Assembly (NCBI RefSeq): GCF_009914755.1
Contig: NC_060940.1
DNA from: the human T2T-CHM13v2.0 reference genome, Homo sapiens
Strand: one strand, 5' to 3'
Length of the DNA stretch: 64,000 bases
The notes under the pieces: generated by a model
What the model was told of the DNA's origin: nothing
What the model saw: only the letters and a program-made list of their open reading frames with translations
The model's database searches: none
Part shown: one piece after another, positions 14,938-28,338 of the stretch
How positions within the stretch are numbered: the first letter of the stretch is position 1
How the letters are laid out: each line of letters begins with the position of its first letter
Translations under genes and position numbers: made by a program

Positions 14938-15804
14938 AGAGTCTATCTGCAAATAATATCACATTCCGATATTATTATATAACCACATTCTGACCTCAAG
15001 TTAGAATGAGGTCGTTAGGGTAAGCCCCAATCCAGTATGACTGATGTTCTTACAAAAGGGGAGGTTTGGACAAAGGAAAGGTGATGTGAAGAGACACAGG
15101 GAGAAGGCAGCCATTGACAAGCCCAGGAGAGAGGCCTCCAAAGGGACCCACCCTGCCCACACCTTGATCTTAGACTTTCCGACTCCAGAACCGTGAGACA
15201 ATAGATTTCTGTCATTTAAGCCATCCTGTCTGTGGTTCTTTATCTTAACAGCCCTAGCAAACAAATACAGGCAGTAATTCTGATTATTACCCCCATTTGA
15301 CAGGCGAGGTAACCAGTATTCAGAGAGATCATGACCTTCACCCAGAGTCACATGACAGTTAAGTGCAGGTGGCTCCACTAAATCCCAGACGGGCCTGGCT
15401 CCAAGGTGCCGGTTTCCTCTGTTCTCTCAATGCGCCCCGATGTGCCACATTATTGAAGCTGGAGGGACAGCGTTCCTGGGAAAACCATTTAGATTTCATT
15501 CTCCTTCCTTTCTCTGACAGAAGCTGCTGGTGAGGAAGGTAATGATCTTGATCAAACCATCCCCAGAATGCATGCCTGCCTTTGGAAGGAGCAGACTGGG
15601 ATGAAATTCTCTACTCTGCGTCTTATCAACCAGAGGACATGAGGCAGGTTTCTTAACCTCTCTCTAGGATTCCGTTTTCTTCTCTGAGAAATGGGCAGAT
15701 TGGAACGGATCACAGAGGGTGATGGTGAAGACTGAAAACAGCCTAGCACGGTGCTTGGGTACAGCAAGCCTTGGGCGATGGTAGGTGCTACTTTTTATTT
15801 CTTG

Positions 15805-16236
15805 AAATACACTCTGGAGGCTGAGGCAAGAGGATCACTTGAGCCCAGGAGTTTGAGTCCAGTCTGGGCAACACAGTGAGACCCCATCTCAAAAAAAAAA
15901 AAAAAAAAAACAACACTCAAAATACAGGAAATTAAAGGTGGAAGCAATGATGTGGGTTCAAACACAGAGAGACAACAGAAGAGCCACGAGCCTCTGGTGC
16001 CAACACAAAGCCCGCCTAGGCCAGGAAGCTTTAAAATTATCTCCTGGGTAGGGCAGAGCCAAGGGCTGGCGTGGGAGTTGGAAGTCAGAGACAAGAGCCC
16101 AGCCTGGCTGTTAGAATGGGTTAGGGCTATGCAAAGAGTAGGCTCTGGACAAACCCTTGCTTCTTCCTAGTCCAAAAAGACTGAGGGCCGCATGGGGTCA
16201 TACTCTCCATATCGTCTCCTGGTTGACACATTTCCA
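15805..16236 (+). repeat. Left arm of an inverted duplication (truncated FLAM/Alu monomer plus ~320 bp unique sequence)
   Basis: Reverse complement of 19013-19426; about 30 substitutions by hand count. Confidence 0.97.
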
Positions 16237-16819
16237 TGTCCCCTCCAAGGCATGGTGCATGGTATGGGGATCAGGGACCTTGTGGTCCCAATGCTCCTGT
16301 CTCCACTGGGACTGAAGGAACTGGTATACCGGAAAAGCAGGGCTTGCTTATCGCCCTGCCTCTTGGAAGCCAATCCTCGTTAAACATAGTAAACACAGGA
16401 ATGCTTTTTCAGGCCCTCCACACGGGGCCTGATACGGCTACAGGCAAGACCTACTAGAATAGTTATCTGAAGCCTTTGCATATGCTCTGTGCTACAGCCA
16501 GCGATATAAATACGCCTCACACACGGCGTTAAAAGAATCATTCCGCAGCCTACACAGATGTCAAAATAATAACAGGATGATGTTAGGCAAGGAAATAGTT
16601 TTGATGCCTATTCTCCCATTTAGAGTTATATAATCCTTTTTTTGGTTGTTATTGTTGTTCAGGAAAGCAGTCTGCAAGTCGCTTCGTCCGACAATCTAAG
16701 ATTGTTACATATCAGCAAAACATTTGAACTTGGCAGGTTTATGCACTGTCCGGATTAAAGGGAACTTGGGTATAAGGCCACTTTGGAGAATGCATTAGCT
16801 AGACTGGGAGTGCCCAATA

Positions 16820-17265
16820 CTTACATTAACTCAACATATGTATTGAGGACCTAGTATATGCAGGGTACTGTGCTGGGTGCTGGAGATACAGATGGACCAA
16901 ACAGGTATAGCTCCTGCCCTCTGGAGCTTTGCAATTCATTACAGGAAGCAACCCCAACCCATTAACCAGCTACATAATAACGTCATTGCAAATTGTGATT
17001 TCTGCTGTAGAAGAAACAAACAAAAGGCCAACAGAATGAAAGAAACGGGATACGAAGTGATGGGTTGGGCCTCTCTGAGGAGGCAGCATGTAAGCCAAGA
17101 CTCAAAGGCTAAAAAAGATATAGAGCCATTGAATGGTGGGGGGAGGAGCATTCTAAGCAGACGGAAGAGCCTGCACAAGTTCCTTAAGTTGGACGGAGCT
17201 CAATGCGCCAGAGGAAAGGAGAGCAGGCCGGTGGGGCTGGACTTGAGTGAGGCAGGCAGCAAGTA
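16820..17265 (-). mobile_element. L2 LINE relic
   Basis: ctcaacatatgtattgaggacctagtatatgcagggtactgtgctgggtgctggagataca. Confidence 0.7.
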
Positions 17266-17331
17266 GGGAAGGCGAAGTGCCCAGTCAAGTTCCAGCTCCG
17301 ATTATTTTTATTAATCCAAGTCTGTTGCAGC

Positions 17332-17525
17332 TTGGGCTGCCAAATAAAATACAGGACCCCCAGATAAATTTGAATCTCAGACAAACAACGGGTGGCATTT
17401 TAGTGGAAGTATACCTCAAGTATGGCAGGGGACTTACGCTAAAAAAAAAAAAATCCATTGTTTATCTGAAATGCACATTTAAGTGGGAGTCCTGTGTCTC
17501 TAGTTGCCAAATCTGGTAACCCTGG
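17332..17525. mobile_element. MER53-like hAT element
   Basis: gggctgccaaataaaatacaggac...gccaaatctggtaaccctg with TIR-like ends. Confidence 0.65.
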
Positions 17526-18238
17526 CTGTAGTGATCACCTGACTCCGTGCACACTGGGAAGACAGCAGAGGTGTTCAGATAAATCCTATGGACAAAGATG
17601 ATGGTTTGTTTTGTACCTGCAGTTTTCGCAGAGTAGATCAAGGACTGCATCTAGGTACAGTGGACATTGCTGTGTGACCTAGAGCAGATTGCTTAACCTC
17701 TCTGTGTCTTACCTGCCACAACTGAGCAACAGGGGTCCTTTTGGGTCTTGAGTAGCTCAGTAGATTTTACTGAGGCTTCCATTGCAGAATGTTTCCTAAA
17801 GTGCTGCAGAGAGTAGTGGGGTTTTGATTAGTTGAGGGTGTGAGTTATCATGGTGCTTTTGAGCCCCTGAGACTAGATTACTCAGAGGAGTTTCCTGGAG
17901 TAGGGGGAGGGGAGTATTACTTATTTTTTCCTTTTGCCCCTGACTAATTTGGCTTGGCAGAGTAGAGTTACTGATTTTGCATTTATTTAAAATTTTGATA
18001 CCTTGTTCAACATGGATTTTTAGAATTACTTTTGATTTTTAAAACTGTTGCATTTGAATACTGTTTATTCCGATGATGGAGTTTCTTGGTGCCCCTGTAA
18101 GTTGTGCACCCAAGGAAAGTGGCTCACCAGCCTCACCCTGGTACCCTGATCCTGGCTCCCGAGGGAGAGACCACAGTGGCGAGGCTAGATGCACTTGCCT
18201 GGGCGTGCTTTCGGACGCATCCCTCACTAGCTGAGTGA

Positions 18239-18557
<319 letters not shown>

Positions 18558-19012
18558 CTCAGTTTCTTTATCTGTAAAACGGGTTTAATGAAAGCACAAT
18601 CTTAAAGTTGGTCGGGACCTTAAATGGAAAAAAAAAACAAAATCCATGTCCTATAGTTAGGCTAGTGCCTGGCATTCACAAAGTACACAAAGCATGTTCA
18701 CCATCACCATTATTATCTTTGAATCTCAGTTTTCTCATCTCGTAAAGTGGAAATGACACTAACTTCTGCCTCCGTGTGTTCTTGTGGGGCGTCAATGAAA
18801 TAATGGCGCAGAATGTTCATCTAAGTACTGGGTCCTTCAGCATCCTCTTCTTTCTTTACATCAGGAAAGCGAGATATTTCTATTGATTGCGCAATGGCAT
18901 TGACAGCTCACCACTTTCCAGCGAGAGTCAGTGATGGTATCCAAGGAAGGGTGCGTATACTGCAAAGACTATAACAGAGACACACACATTGGTACCATGA
19001 AGCAGAACCAGG

Positions 19013-19426
19013 TGGAAATGTGTCAGCCAGGAGACGATATGGGGAGTATGACCCTATGCGGCCCTCAGCCTTTTTGGACCAGGAAAAAGCAAGGGTTTGT
19101 CCAGAGCCCACTCTTTGCGTAGCCCTAACCCATTCTGACAGCCAGGCTGGGCTCTTGTCTCTGACTTCCGACTCCCACACCAGCCCTTGGCTCTGCCCTA
19201 CCAAGGAGATAATTTTAAGGCTTCCAGGCCTAAGCAGGCTTTGTGTTGGCACCAGAGGCCCGTGGCTCTTCTGTTGTCACTCAGTGTTTGGACCCACATT
19301 ATTGCGTCCACGTTTAATTTCCTGTGTTTTGAGGGTTTTTGAGATGGAGTCTCACTGTGTTGCCCAGGCTGGACTTGAACTCCTGGGCTCAAGTGATCGT
19401 CTTGTCTCAGCCTCCAGAGTGTATTT
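19013..19426 (-). repeat. Right arm of the inverted duplication
   Basis: Reverse complement of 15805-16236, with a much shorter Alu poly-A. Confidence 0.97.
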
Positions 19427-19635
19427 TGACTCAACTTTTGCACTGAGAGCCAAGATTTGAATAGTTTTAATGCCAGGCCACAGTCATTCATTTATTCAGT
19501 CAACAAATACTTATTGAGCACCTACTATGTGCTAGGTACTTTTATAGATCCTGGAGATACCAGCAGCAAATTCAGAGACAGGTGACCTTGCTTAGGGAGC
19601 TTATCTTCCTATTGTAGAGGTAGACAAGAAAGAAT

Positions 19636-19679
19636 AGAACACATGAGATCAGGCGCGTTCAGGGTGGTATGCCACTGAC
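19636..19679 (-). pseudogene. 5S rRNA 5' fragment pseudogene (about nt 1-45)
   Basis: Minus strand gtcagtggcataccaccctgaacgcgcctgatctcatgtgttct versus 5S GTCTACGGCCATACCACCCTGAACGCGCCCGATCTCGTCTGATCT. Confidence 0.85.
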
Positions 19680-19740
19680 AAACCTGCACATGTTCCCCTT
19701 GAGCCTAAAATAAAAGATGAAAAGAAAAATAATAATAATA
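19678..19740 (+). mobile_element. Extreme 3' end of L1 with A-rich tail
   Basis: caaacctgcacatgttccccttgagcctaaaataaaag matches the L1PA/MA terminus. Confidence 0.75.
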
Positions 19741-21379
19741 CAAGAATTTTAAACACACCATTCCTTCAGCATATCAAAGTCAAGCAAAATGTACATAAGA
19801 ATTTTGAATGATATAAGGATCATTATATGTGTATGCACAAATGTGCACACTTTCCAGTTCAATACCACTAGTAGCCAATAACGGAAGTTTGCATTACAAA
19901 TCTACCCAGAAAACAAAAGAGACTCTCCTAAAAATATTAAAAGAAAACTTCAAATTTTTCTGTTTTCAGATTTTTTTCTACAATGAACATGTATTACCTT
20001 TATCATTTTTAAACAACGAAATAAAAGTTGTAAGGCAAAAAAAAAAAAAAAAAGAAAAAAAGAGAACAAATGGATGAGAAAGATTACCCTCACCAGAGTG
20101 GGATATAAACCAAACAGCCAAGGGAGAGGGTGAGACACTGGAAGAGGGTGCTTTGGGGAGGGGCAGCCTCACTGAGGTGTGACATTTGAGCTGAGACCTG
20201 ATGGATCACAAACTGCATTCCTCCTTTAAGCTTTGTGTCTTTGTCTGTGACATGGGATCAGAGACCCCACCTCTTGGGAGGATGGTGGGAAGTAACCATT
20301 TGACAATGTGGTCAGTCTGGCCTTAGCTTAAGATATCTTGCCTTTATCTCCCCTAGATCTCCCAGACCATGGTCCTCACCTAACAAGGGTATCAGTTGTC
20401 TGCCTGGTATGTCACTCCTCCACGTTCATCTTCTTCTCCCCTTGTTTTGCATCCTTGGCAATGATCTCACTTTATTGCCACTGACCTTCTTCTTCCTTAT
20501 CACTGATTTTTCTCTCTCCCTCCCACTCCCTCATCCCTGTCCCTTTCTCTTTTTCTTTCAAACCCATCTCCTTACCCCTATGTGAGGTGCATCCCAGCCT
20601 GGATACCAGCTCAATGTTGGGGTTGGGACTAGGTGTATTTATAAACTATGAACCAGTGAAAGTTTTAGAGAGAAGAAAACAGAATTCAAGGCCAAAGCCA
20701 CGTTTAGGGCATGACAAACTGAAACTACCTCTGTTCACATGAAAAGAACACAGTTATTTAGCACTTGATATAAAAAATGATAACTTTAGGCACCATCAGG
20801 TGGGCTTTTGCCCATGTTTCTAGCTCTTGGGTGAGATTTCTTTTCTGCTTTTAATGTTCTTTTACTAATTAAAAGTTTCTGTTGCTAAGGAAGGGTTCGA
20901 AGGCTTGCCACGTTTCCCACGTGGTGGCTCTTCTGTAGGAAAGAACAGAGAAAGGAAAATAAAAGTTTCCGAACCAAGGTGTAAGTCCTTTGAATTTTCC
21001 AAGAAAGGCAGAAGCAAAGACTGTTGTCTGGTGCTCCTAGAATCTCCGCTTGTCAGGATGACTCTGCAGGTCTTTCATCACTCTGAGCTAGACCTTGACA
21101 AAGGACTGACTTCCACAGCTCAATTTGCAAGTCTTAGTCTTGTATACGCATGGTGTATGAACTGTCTTTTATGCCAGGGTCATTAATAATTTATCCTAGT
21201 CACCTGGCCCAGTGGAAAGTGCAAGCTTGTGAAAGGCTAGGGTTCAAACCCAAGACCTTCAATTTACCATCCAAAGGGTCTTTCCAGACCTCTCTACTCA
21301 AAGAAGCCCCCACATTTTTTCTCCATCCCTCACTGAGGGAGATACGAACTTTCAGAGCCAGTGTCTGATTCTCCACATC

Positions 21380-21586
21380 CTTTTCCTCTTGCTATGGTGA
21401 TAACACTGAGATGGAAGATGCATGGAGATGGCACTTTTCTCGGCCTGGGTCCCTGCGTGACTACAGTGGAAATATCTCTTTCCTTATCTGCACTTGACAT
21501 GTAGTGTGAATCAGAAATGGACCAGCTCTAGGGACTTAGGGGCTATTTGTTACTGCAGCATAACCTAATGAATTCTGACTGATACA
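21380..21586 (+). mobile_element. MLT1 (old subfamily) LTR 3' part
   Basis: tatttgttactgcagcataacct...gactgataca terminus. Confidence 0.6.
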
Positions 21587-22816
21587 ATAGCATCTTTTAT
21601 TTTTTCTTTTTCCTCTATGGCACTTACCACCATTACCATGTTTATTTATATTTGATATGTTTATTCATTTTCTGTCTCTTCTCTATAGAATATAAATTTC
21701 ATAAAAACCATCTTTTTGTTGTTGTTGCTGATGTTCAAATGAGTAATTCCAGTATCTGGAGTGCCCAGTACGTGCTAGGCACTCAATGAATATATGTATT
21801 GAATGAACTGATTGATAATGGGGTTAATGCGGGAAGGTCACCTAACTTCTATAAGCCTCACATTCTTTATCTGTAAAATGGGAATATTAACCATGCCTGC
21901 CTCATAAGGGTGTTTTGAGAATTAAACGTGTAATGAATGTAAAGTACCTGGCATCATGCCTGGCACAAAGTAGGCATGTAGTAAATATGTGCTATAACAA
22001 TTGTCAGTCCTGTGAACCAAGATCAGGGCCTCTATATGTAATGTCAGTTACATTTTACAGATATATTTTATGTTCCCCAGTCTTGTCAAAGGTCCCTTAG
22101 CAAATAAGTGGCATGGTTGCACTGGATTCCAGGATCCTCCTGCATTGAGACTCTAGAAGTTTTGTTCTAAATGTCTGCTTTTAGGTCACAGTCTGAACAC
22201 TGGTTTTGGGGAAAGTATTTCTACTGTATTGGGCTGGAGTATCATCAAGATCCCCTAGAGCTTTAAATGCTTTGGGTATTAGGGTGGATGTTCAAATAGG
22301 AAGGAACTGTGGGAGCTAGTGCCTGGGGAAGCTTTGAGGGACACAGGTAGAAACACTATATGGAGAATTAAACTTTGAAGTGGATAACACCTTGAAGAGA
22401 CAGAGTGCATGCTTGACTTAGCTTACACTTATTTTCTTTGCCCAGTACTGGGTGTGGGATCTGGTCCTGATGCAGGAGAAATGGACACAGTGGAATCTCT
22501 TACAGATCCTTGTTGGCCAAGAGATTGATGAACCTAGAAGGAACCTAGATGGGAAGTGGCTTGCATAGGTGCCCAGAAGCTGGGCTCTGGCATTTGATGA
22601 ACTCAAGTTCACATGTGATTCCTTCACTTTCTAGATGAGTGATGTTGGGCAAACAAGCTCTCCTCTCTGTGCCTTGGTTTCCTCATCTGCCATTTTGGTT
22701 AGAATCAGGTAGGATTCTGTGTCTCCCCTGCTGGACTTGCTTCCTTCTATCTGTTCTCTTGGCCAAGGCCAATGTGTTCTATGTGGCATGTAATTTCTCT
22801 CCTAGAAATTCCACCC

Positions 22817-22905
22817 GAGCCCAGGAGGTCAAGGCTGCAGTGAGCTGTGATTGCACCACTGCAAACCAGCCTGGGTGACAGAATGAGACCCTGTTTCAAA
22901 AAAGG
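22817..22905 (+). mobile_element. AluJ/FRAM right-arm fragment
   Basis: gagcccaggaggtcaaggctgcagtgagc...gagaccctgtttcaaaaaa. Confidence 0.85.
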
Positions 22906-23967
22906 AAAATTTCAATGCCTTGGCATTGTCTTCAGGGGAGAGTGTAACTCAGTGTTCCAGCTCAGGCCCTGTCTTAGCTGGCCTTTGCTCACGTCCCCAG
23001 TCCGCCTGCACCTGCTGTGCCTGCTGCAGCCTCACTCCAACCCAGCTTTGCAGTAGGCCTTTGCGCCATTTAGATTCTGCTTGGCAGCCCCCACGCTGCT
23101 GCCTTCACCACTCTCCTGTCCTCCCACTGATTCCTCCTCAACCTTCAGATCTCACTTGAGATGTCACTTCCTCAAACCCCCGGACACCGGCATTAATGCT
23201 CACCATGCTACACTGATGTCACCTTTTTAATTGTCTGCCTTCTCCAACACACAGTCAGTTTCCGGCTGGCTGGGATGGGGCCATAATTGTGGGAGGGCCA
23301 AAGAGCTGAGTGGTTGACCACATATGCTCTGAGATCAGGCTCCTTGGGCTGGAACTGTGGGTTCATAAATGAGAGTTCTGGGTCCTAGGACAACCTTCCT
23401 GTGCCTTGCTTTCCCCATCCATGGTGTGGGTGTTCTTAAACAACACTCTTACCTTCCTTTGCCTCAGTTTCTCCATTGTGATGTGGGCCATTGAACAGGA
23501 CTCTTTACCTGCCCAGGCCTCCGTTTCTCGACCCATAAAATGAGCCAACAGTAGTCATTCTTGTGTGGCTGCAATCAGGCAATGCAAATAGTTGTTTTTA
23601 CTATTTTTCTATGGGTTTGTGGACCTGAAAATAAAAAGGTTCATAAAAGGGTGTGTGAACACCCACACAGACACCTGTTGTACACTTATTCTCACTCTCC
23701 CTTCACTAGGGGACATTGGGAATACTCCTCTTACAGCACTGAACTCTGCACAGCAGTTAGTCTAGTTTAGGAGTGGCCTGGAGTTTAGATGGAGAGAGGA
23801 TGGGTTGTCAGTCTAGACTTTTCTTGTATTCCATCCTAGCAGCTCCGTAAACAAACGTGATTCTGAGCCATGGCTTTCACAGGTTTTCTGAATCCCAACA
23901 AGTACTGTGGCTGGGCCATTAAGAAGCCTAGCATCCCCTGCAACCTGTGATGGTAAAAGGGTCTGAG

Positions 23968-24930
23968 ATGTGTGTGTGTATAAATGTGTGAGTGCAGGTG
24001 TGTGCATTCATGTGTGTATGTGTGCACACCTGCAATATGTGTATGCATATATGTGTGTACATGCAATGTGTGTATGTGTACTTATGCATGTATGTGTATA
24101 TATATGCATACATGCAATGTGTGTATGTGTATTCATGTGTGTACATGGAATGTGTATGTGTGTATGTGTATACGTGTGTACATGCAATGTGTATATGCGC
24201 ATATGTGTACATATGCATGTATGTATATATGTGTGTACATGCAATGTGTGTATGTGCGTATGCATACATATAAATGTATGCATATTCTTGTGTGTACATG
24301 CAATGTGTATATGTATGTGTGTACATGTGTACATGCAATGTGTATGTGTGTGTATACATGTGTACATGCAATGTGTATATGCACATATGTGTACATATGC
24401 ATGTATGTGTATATATGTGTGTACATGCAATGTGTATATGTGTATACATGTGTACATGCATGCAATGTGTGTATGTATGCATGTATATATGTGTATGTGT
24501 ATATGTGTGTACATGCAATGTGTGCGTGTGTGTACCTGCAATGTATGCGTGTGTATATGTGTATACATGTACACACAATGTACGCATGCATATGTGTGTA
24601 TGTATATATGTGCATGTGTACGTGTGTGTACATGCAATGTGTATGTGTGTACATACAATGTGTGCATGTGTGTGTATGTGTATGTGTATATGTGTGTGTA
24701 CACACAAAGTATGCATGTGTATGTGTATATGTGTACACACAATGCATGCATGTGTATATGTGTATACATGTGTGTACACACAATGTGTGCATGTGTAGGG
24801 TGTATGTATATAAGCGTGCATGTGTATGTGTGTGTACATGTGATGTATGTGTGCATGTGTGTACATGCAATGTGTGTGTCTGTGTACATAAATGTAAATG
24901 TGTGTGGTGTATGTATGTGTGTGTGTGTAC
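23968..24930. repeat. Degenerate (TG/TA/CA) alternating purine-pyrimidine minisatellite with recurring GTGTACATGCAATGTGT unit
   Basis: About 960 bp; roughly 18 copies or variants of CATGCAATG by eye. Confidence 0.95.
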
Positions 24931-24945
24931 CCATACCAGTGAGGG

Positions 24946-25284
24946 TGCTATGGTCTCTCACATTTATGTCTTGAAACTTAATCTCAGTGTGTGCAGATGA
25001 GGATGTGGGGCCTTTGGGAAGTGATTAGGTTATGAGGGCTTTGCTCTCATGAATGGGATCTGTACCCTTATGAAAGATGTCCCAGAGAGATCCCTTGGCC
25101 CTTCTGCCCTGTGAGGACACAGTGAGAAGAGAGGTGTCTATGAGGAATGAGTCCTCATCAGACACCTAATCTGCCAGCACTTTAATCTTGGTCTTCCCGG
25201 CCTGCAGAACGGTGGGAAATCAATTTCTGTTATAAGCCACCCAGGCTCTGGTGTTTTGTCGTAGCAGCTCACGTGGACTAAGAG
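24946..25284 (+). mobile_element. MLT1A/MST-type MaLR solo LTR
   Basis: gggcctttgggaagtgattagg...gtagcagctcacgtggactaaga. Confidence 0.85.
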
Positions 25285-25375
25285 AAAGGGTGTCACTTGG
25301 AAATTTGGGGGCTTCCATTTTATGTATTGTGGTTTTAGCTGTTTTTCCTTTAAAAACATCAACCCTTTAAAGTAC

Positions 25376-25402
25376 GTGTGTGTGTGTGTGTGTGTGTGTG
25401 TG
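25376..25402 (+). repeat. (TG)n microsatellite
   Basis: Direct reading. Confidence 0.95.
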
Positions 25403-25619
25403 CACGCATGTGTCTGTGGAAACTGCCAAAGAAGACATGGAATTCCTCCTCTTCTCCCTCCTCCCATCCTTTTCCATTTTTTCTCCCCGTGCCCCTCATG
25501 TTGCTCTGTCCCCCGGACTCTGCCTCCATCTCTGTGTCTCCCTCCCTCTCTCTTTCTCTCCTCCTTCCGTATGCCCAGCACCCAGTCTCTGTGTTGGCAC
25601 AGGAGTACTGGTTGCCTAG

Positions 25620-25890
25620 GAAACCACCGCAGGGCGAGCACATGCGATTGGCCAGGCTGGGACCTGACTCTGGGTTGGCGGGCAGATTTTTTGGGTGATT
25701 CTTGTCCTCATTCCCCTTTGGGGGAGGGACATTCTCCGGGATACAAAGAAACCTGGCTGTGCCGTGGCTGCTAGGGCTTCTCAGCCTGGGAAGGAATTCC
25801 TGTCCTAATGAGGATTCAGAGTTGCAGAACTAGGCCACCCAGGAACAAATTTCCAAAAAGGCAGGAGGCCGGGAAGTGGGGGCGGGGCAC
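25620..25890. promoter_or_regulatory. Candidate regulatory element (CCAAT, ETS and GC-box motifs)
   Basis: gATTGGcc at 25646, ccggGAAGT at 25869, GGGGGCGGGG at 25878, several CpGs. Confidence 0.35.
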
Positions 25891-26696
25891 CAGGACAATC
25901 ATAGCTAACACCTATATGTCAGTCACTGTTTGCTAAGCTCTTTATAGGCATTCGCTCATTAGCAAACCTATGCAGTTGGTGTTATCTTTCTCCAGGTTTT
26001 ACAGATTGGGAGAGGGAGACTGAGAGATAATAAATAACATGGCTGAGGTCATACAGTGGCTAAGTGCAGAGCCGGGATTCGAACCCAGGAGTGTTGTATC
26101 ATTAAGAAGTCCTCACAGCCGCCTTCCCTGAGGAGCCCCGAGGAAAGAGGGAAGATGTGGGACCATGAGGATAGATTAGATAGCTCCTTAATGTTCTCTT
26201 GCTTTCCTCCACTCTTATCCTTGACCTGCCTGGTTCTTCTCTCTCTTGAGTAACCTTTCAGTTTGAGGAGCTCTGAAGTCCTCAGGAACTAACATGTTCC
26301 ACCTGCTTGCTTATCATTCAAGAATGACAAGACATTCTAGAAATGGATGGTGTGATGTTTGCACAACAATGTGAATGTATTTAATGACAGAGAACCGTGC
26401 CCTTAAAAATCGTCAAGATGGCAAATTTTATGTTATGTTTATTTTACAATTTAAAAAAAAGGAGTGACAGGGTCATACGTACAGCCAGCCTGGTCTTACG
26501 AACCTGTGATTTTATCCCTCTGGTTTTCCCATACTAGGGATAAGAATCAACTAGCAGGGTGGTTTTGAGCACTTTCTGTATGGTTGGCAGGCTCTCTGAT
26601 GAGGGCTTAAACATGGATTATTTGATGGAATCCTTCCAACAATTCCTCCTACTATTTCCATTTTACAGATAAAGTAGCTGAGGCTCAGAACATTGA

Positions 26697-27233
<537 letters not shown>

Positions 27234-27806
27234 TAGGGCCTGCCCACTGTTGCTCACTGTTGACATTGCAGGGATGTGAATGAGAGAACTCCGCTTCTCT
27301 GCAGTGCCCGGGGACTAAATGATTCCCTGCCCCTGGTTCCAGCTCAGTCGCTTTGGAAGGCTTCAGTGCCCATCAGTCTCCTAGTGGACCGTTGGCTGGC
27401 CCAGGCCATCTCACCAGTGTCCTCAAAGTGTCAAAGCCACTTGAGTGAGGTTGAGAAGCGGTGGCTGGAAATAAAGCCAGTACCCAATGCAGGTAAGCCT
27501 GCCGGATCAAAGTTAATGAAGCCTGTCCTCAGGAACCACAGTGGAGTTTGGCAACATCTGGTGTGATTACTACCATCATGGGTTCTGGAGACATGGCCGG
27601 TGGGGCAGTAGCTTGGTGGTGGGGAGTGGAGAGGAATTCAGGGCTTTGCAGGGCCAGGGGAGGAAGTGATGGGGCAGGACCTGCTACCTTTTAGTTATCT
27701 CTTGGCGAAATTCCAGCCGGAGGCCTTCCTGCTGTCTTGTGCCCATCACACATCCCATCTGGGTCACTGAGCAGAATCGCTGAGTTGCTGTGATTTTTAG
27801 TTCTAG

Positions 27807-28208
<402 letters not shown>

Positions 28209-28338
28209 TTATTTTATGTTTTGAGACAAGGTCTTGCTACTTTGCCCAGGCTGGTCTTGAACTCCTGAGCTTGAGTGATCCTCCTGTCTTGGCCTTTCAG
28301 AGTGCTGGGATTACAGACGTGAGCTACAATGCTCGTCC
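28209..28338 (-). mobile_element. FLAM/AluJ monomer
   Basis: gagacaagggtcttgctactttgcccaggctggtcttgaactcctgagc. Confidence 0.85.

Noticed and set aside
23928-25000. Long ORFs of 245-338 aa on both strands (His/Thr/Tyr- or Cys/Val/Met-rich)
   Set aside because: They are translations of the RY minisatellite, which rarely forms stop codons. There is no domain, splice or promoter support.
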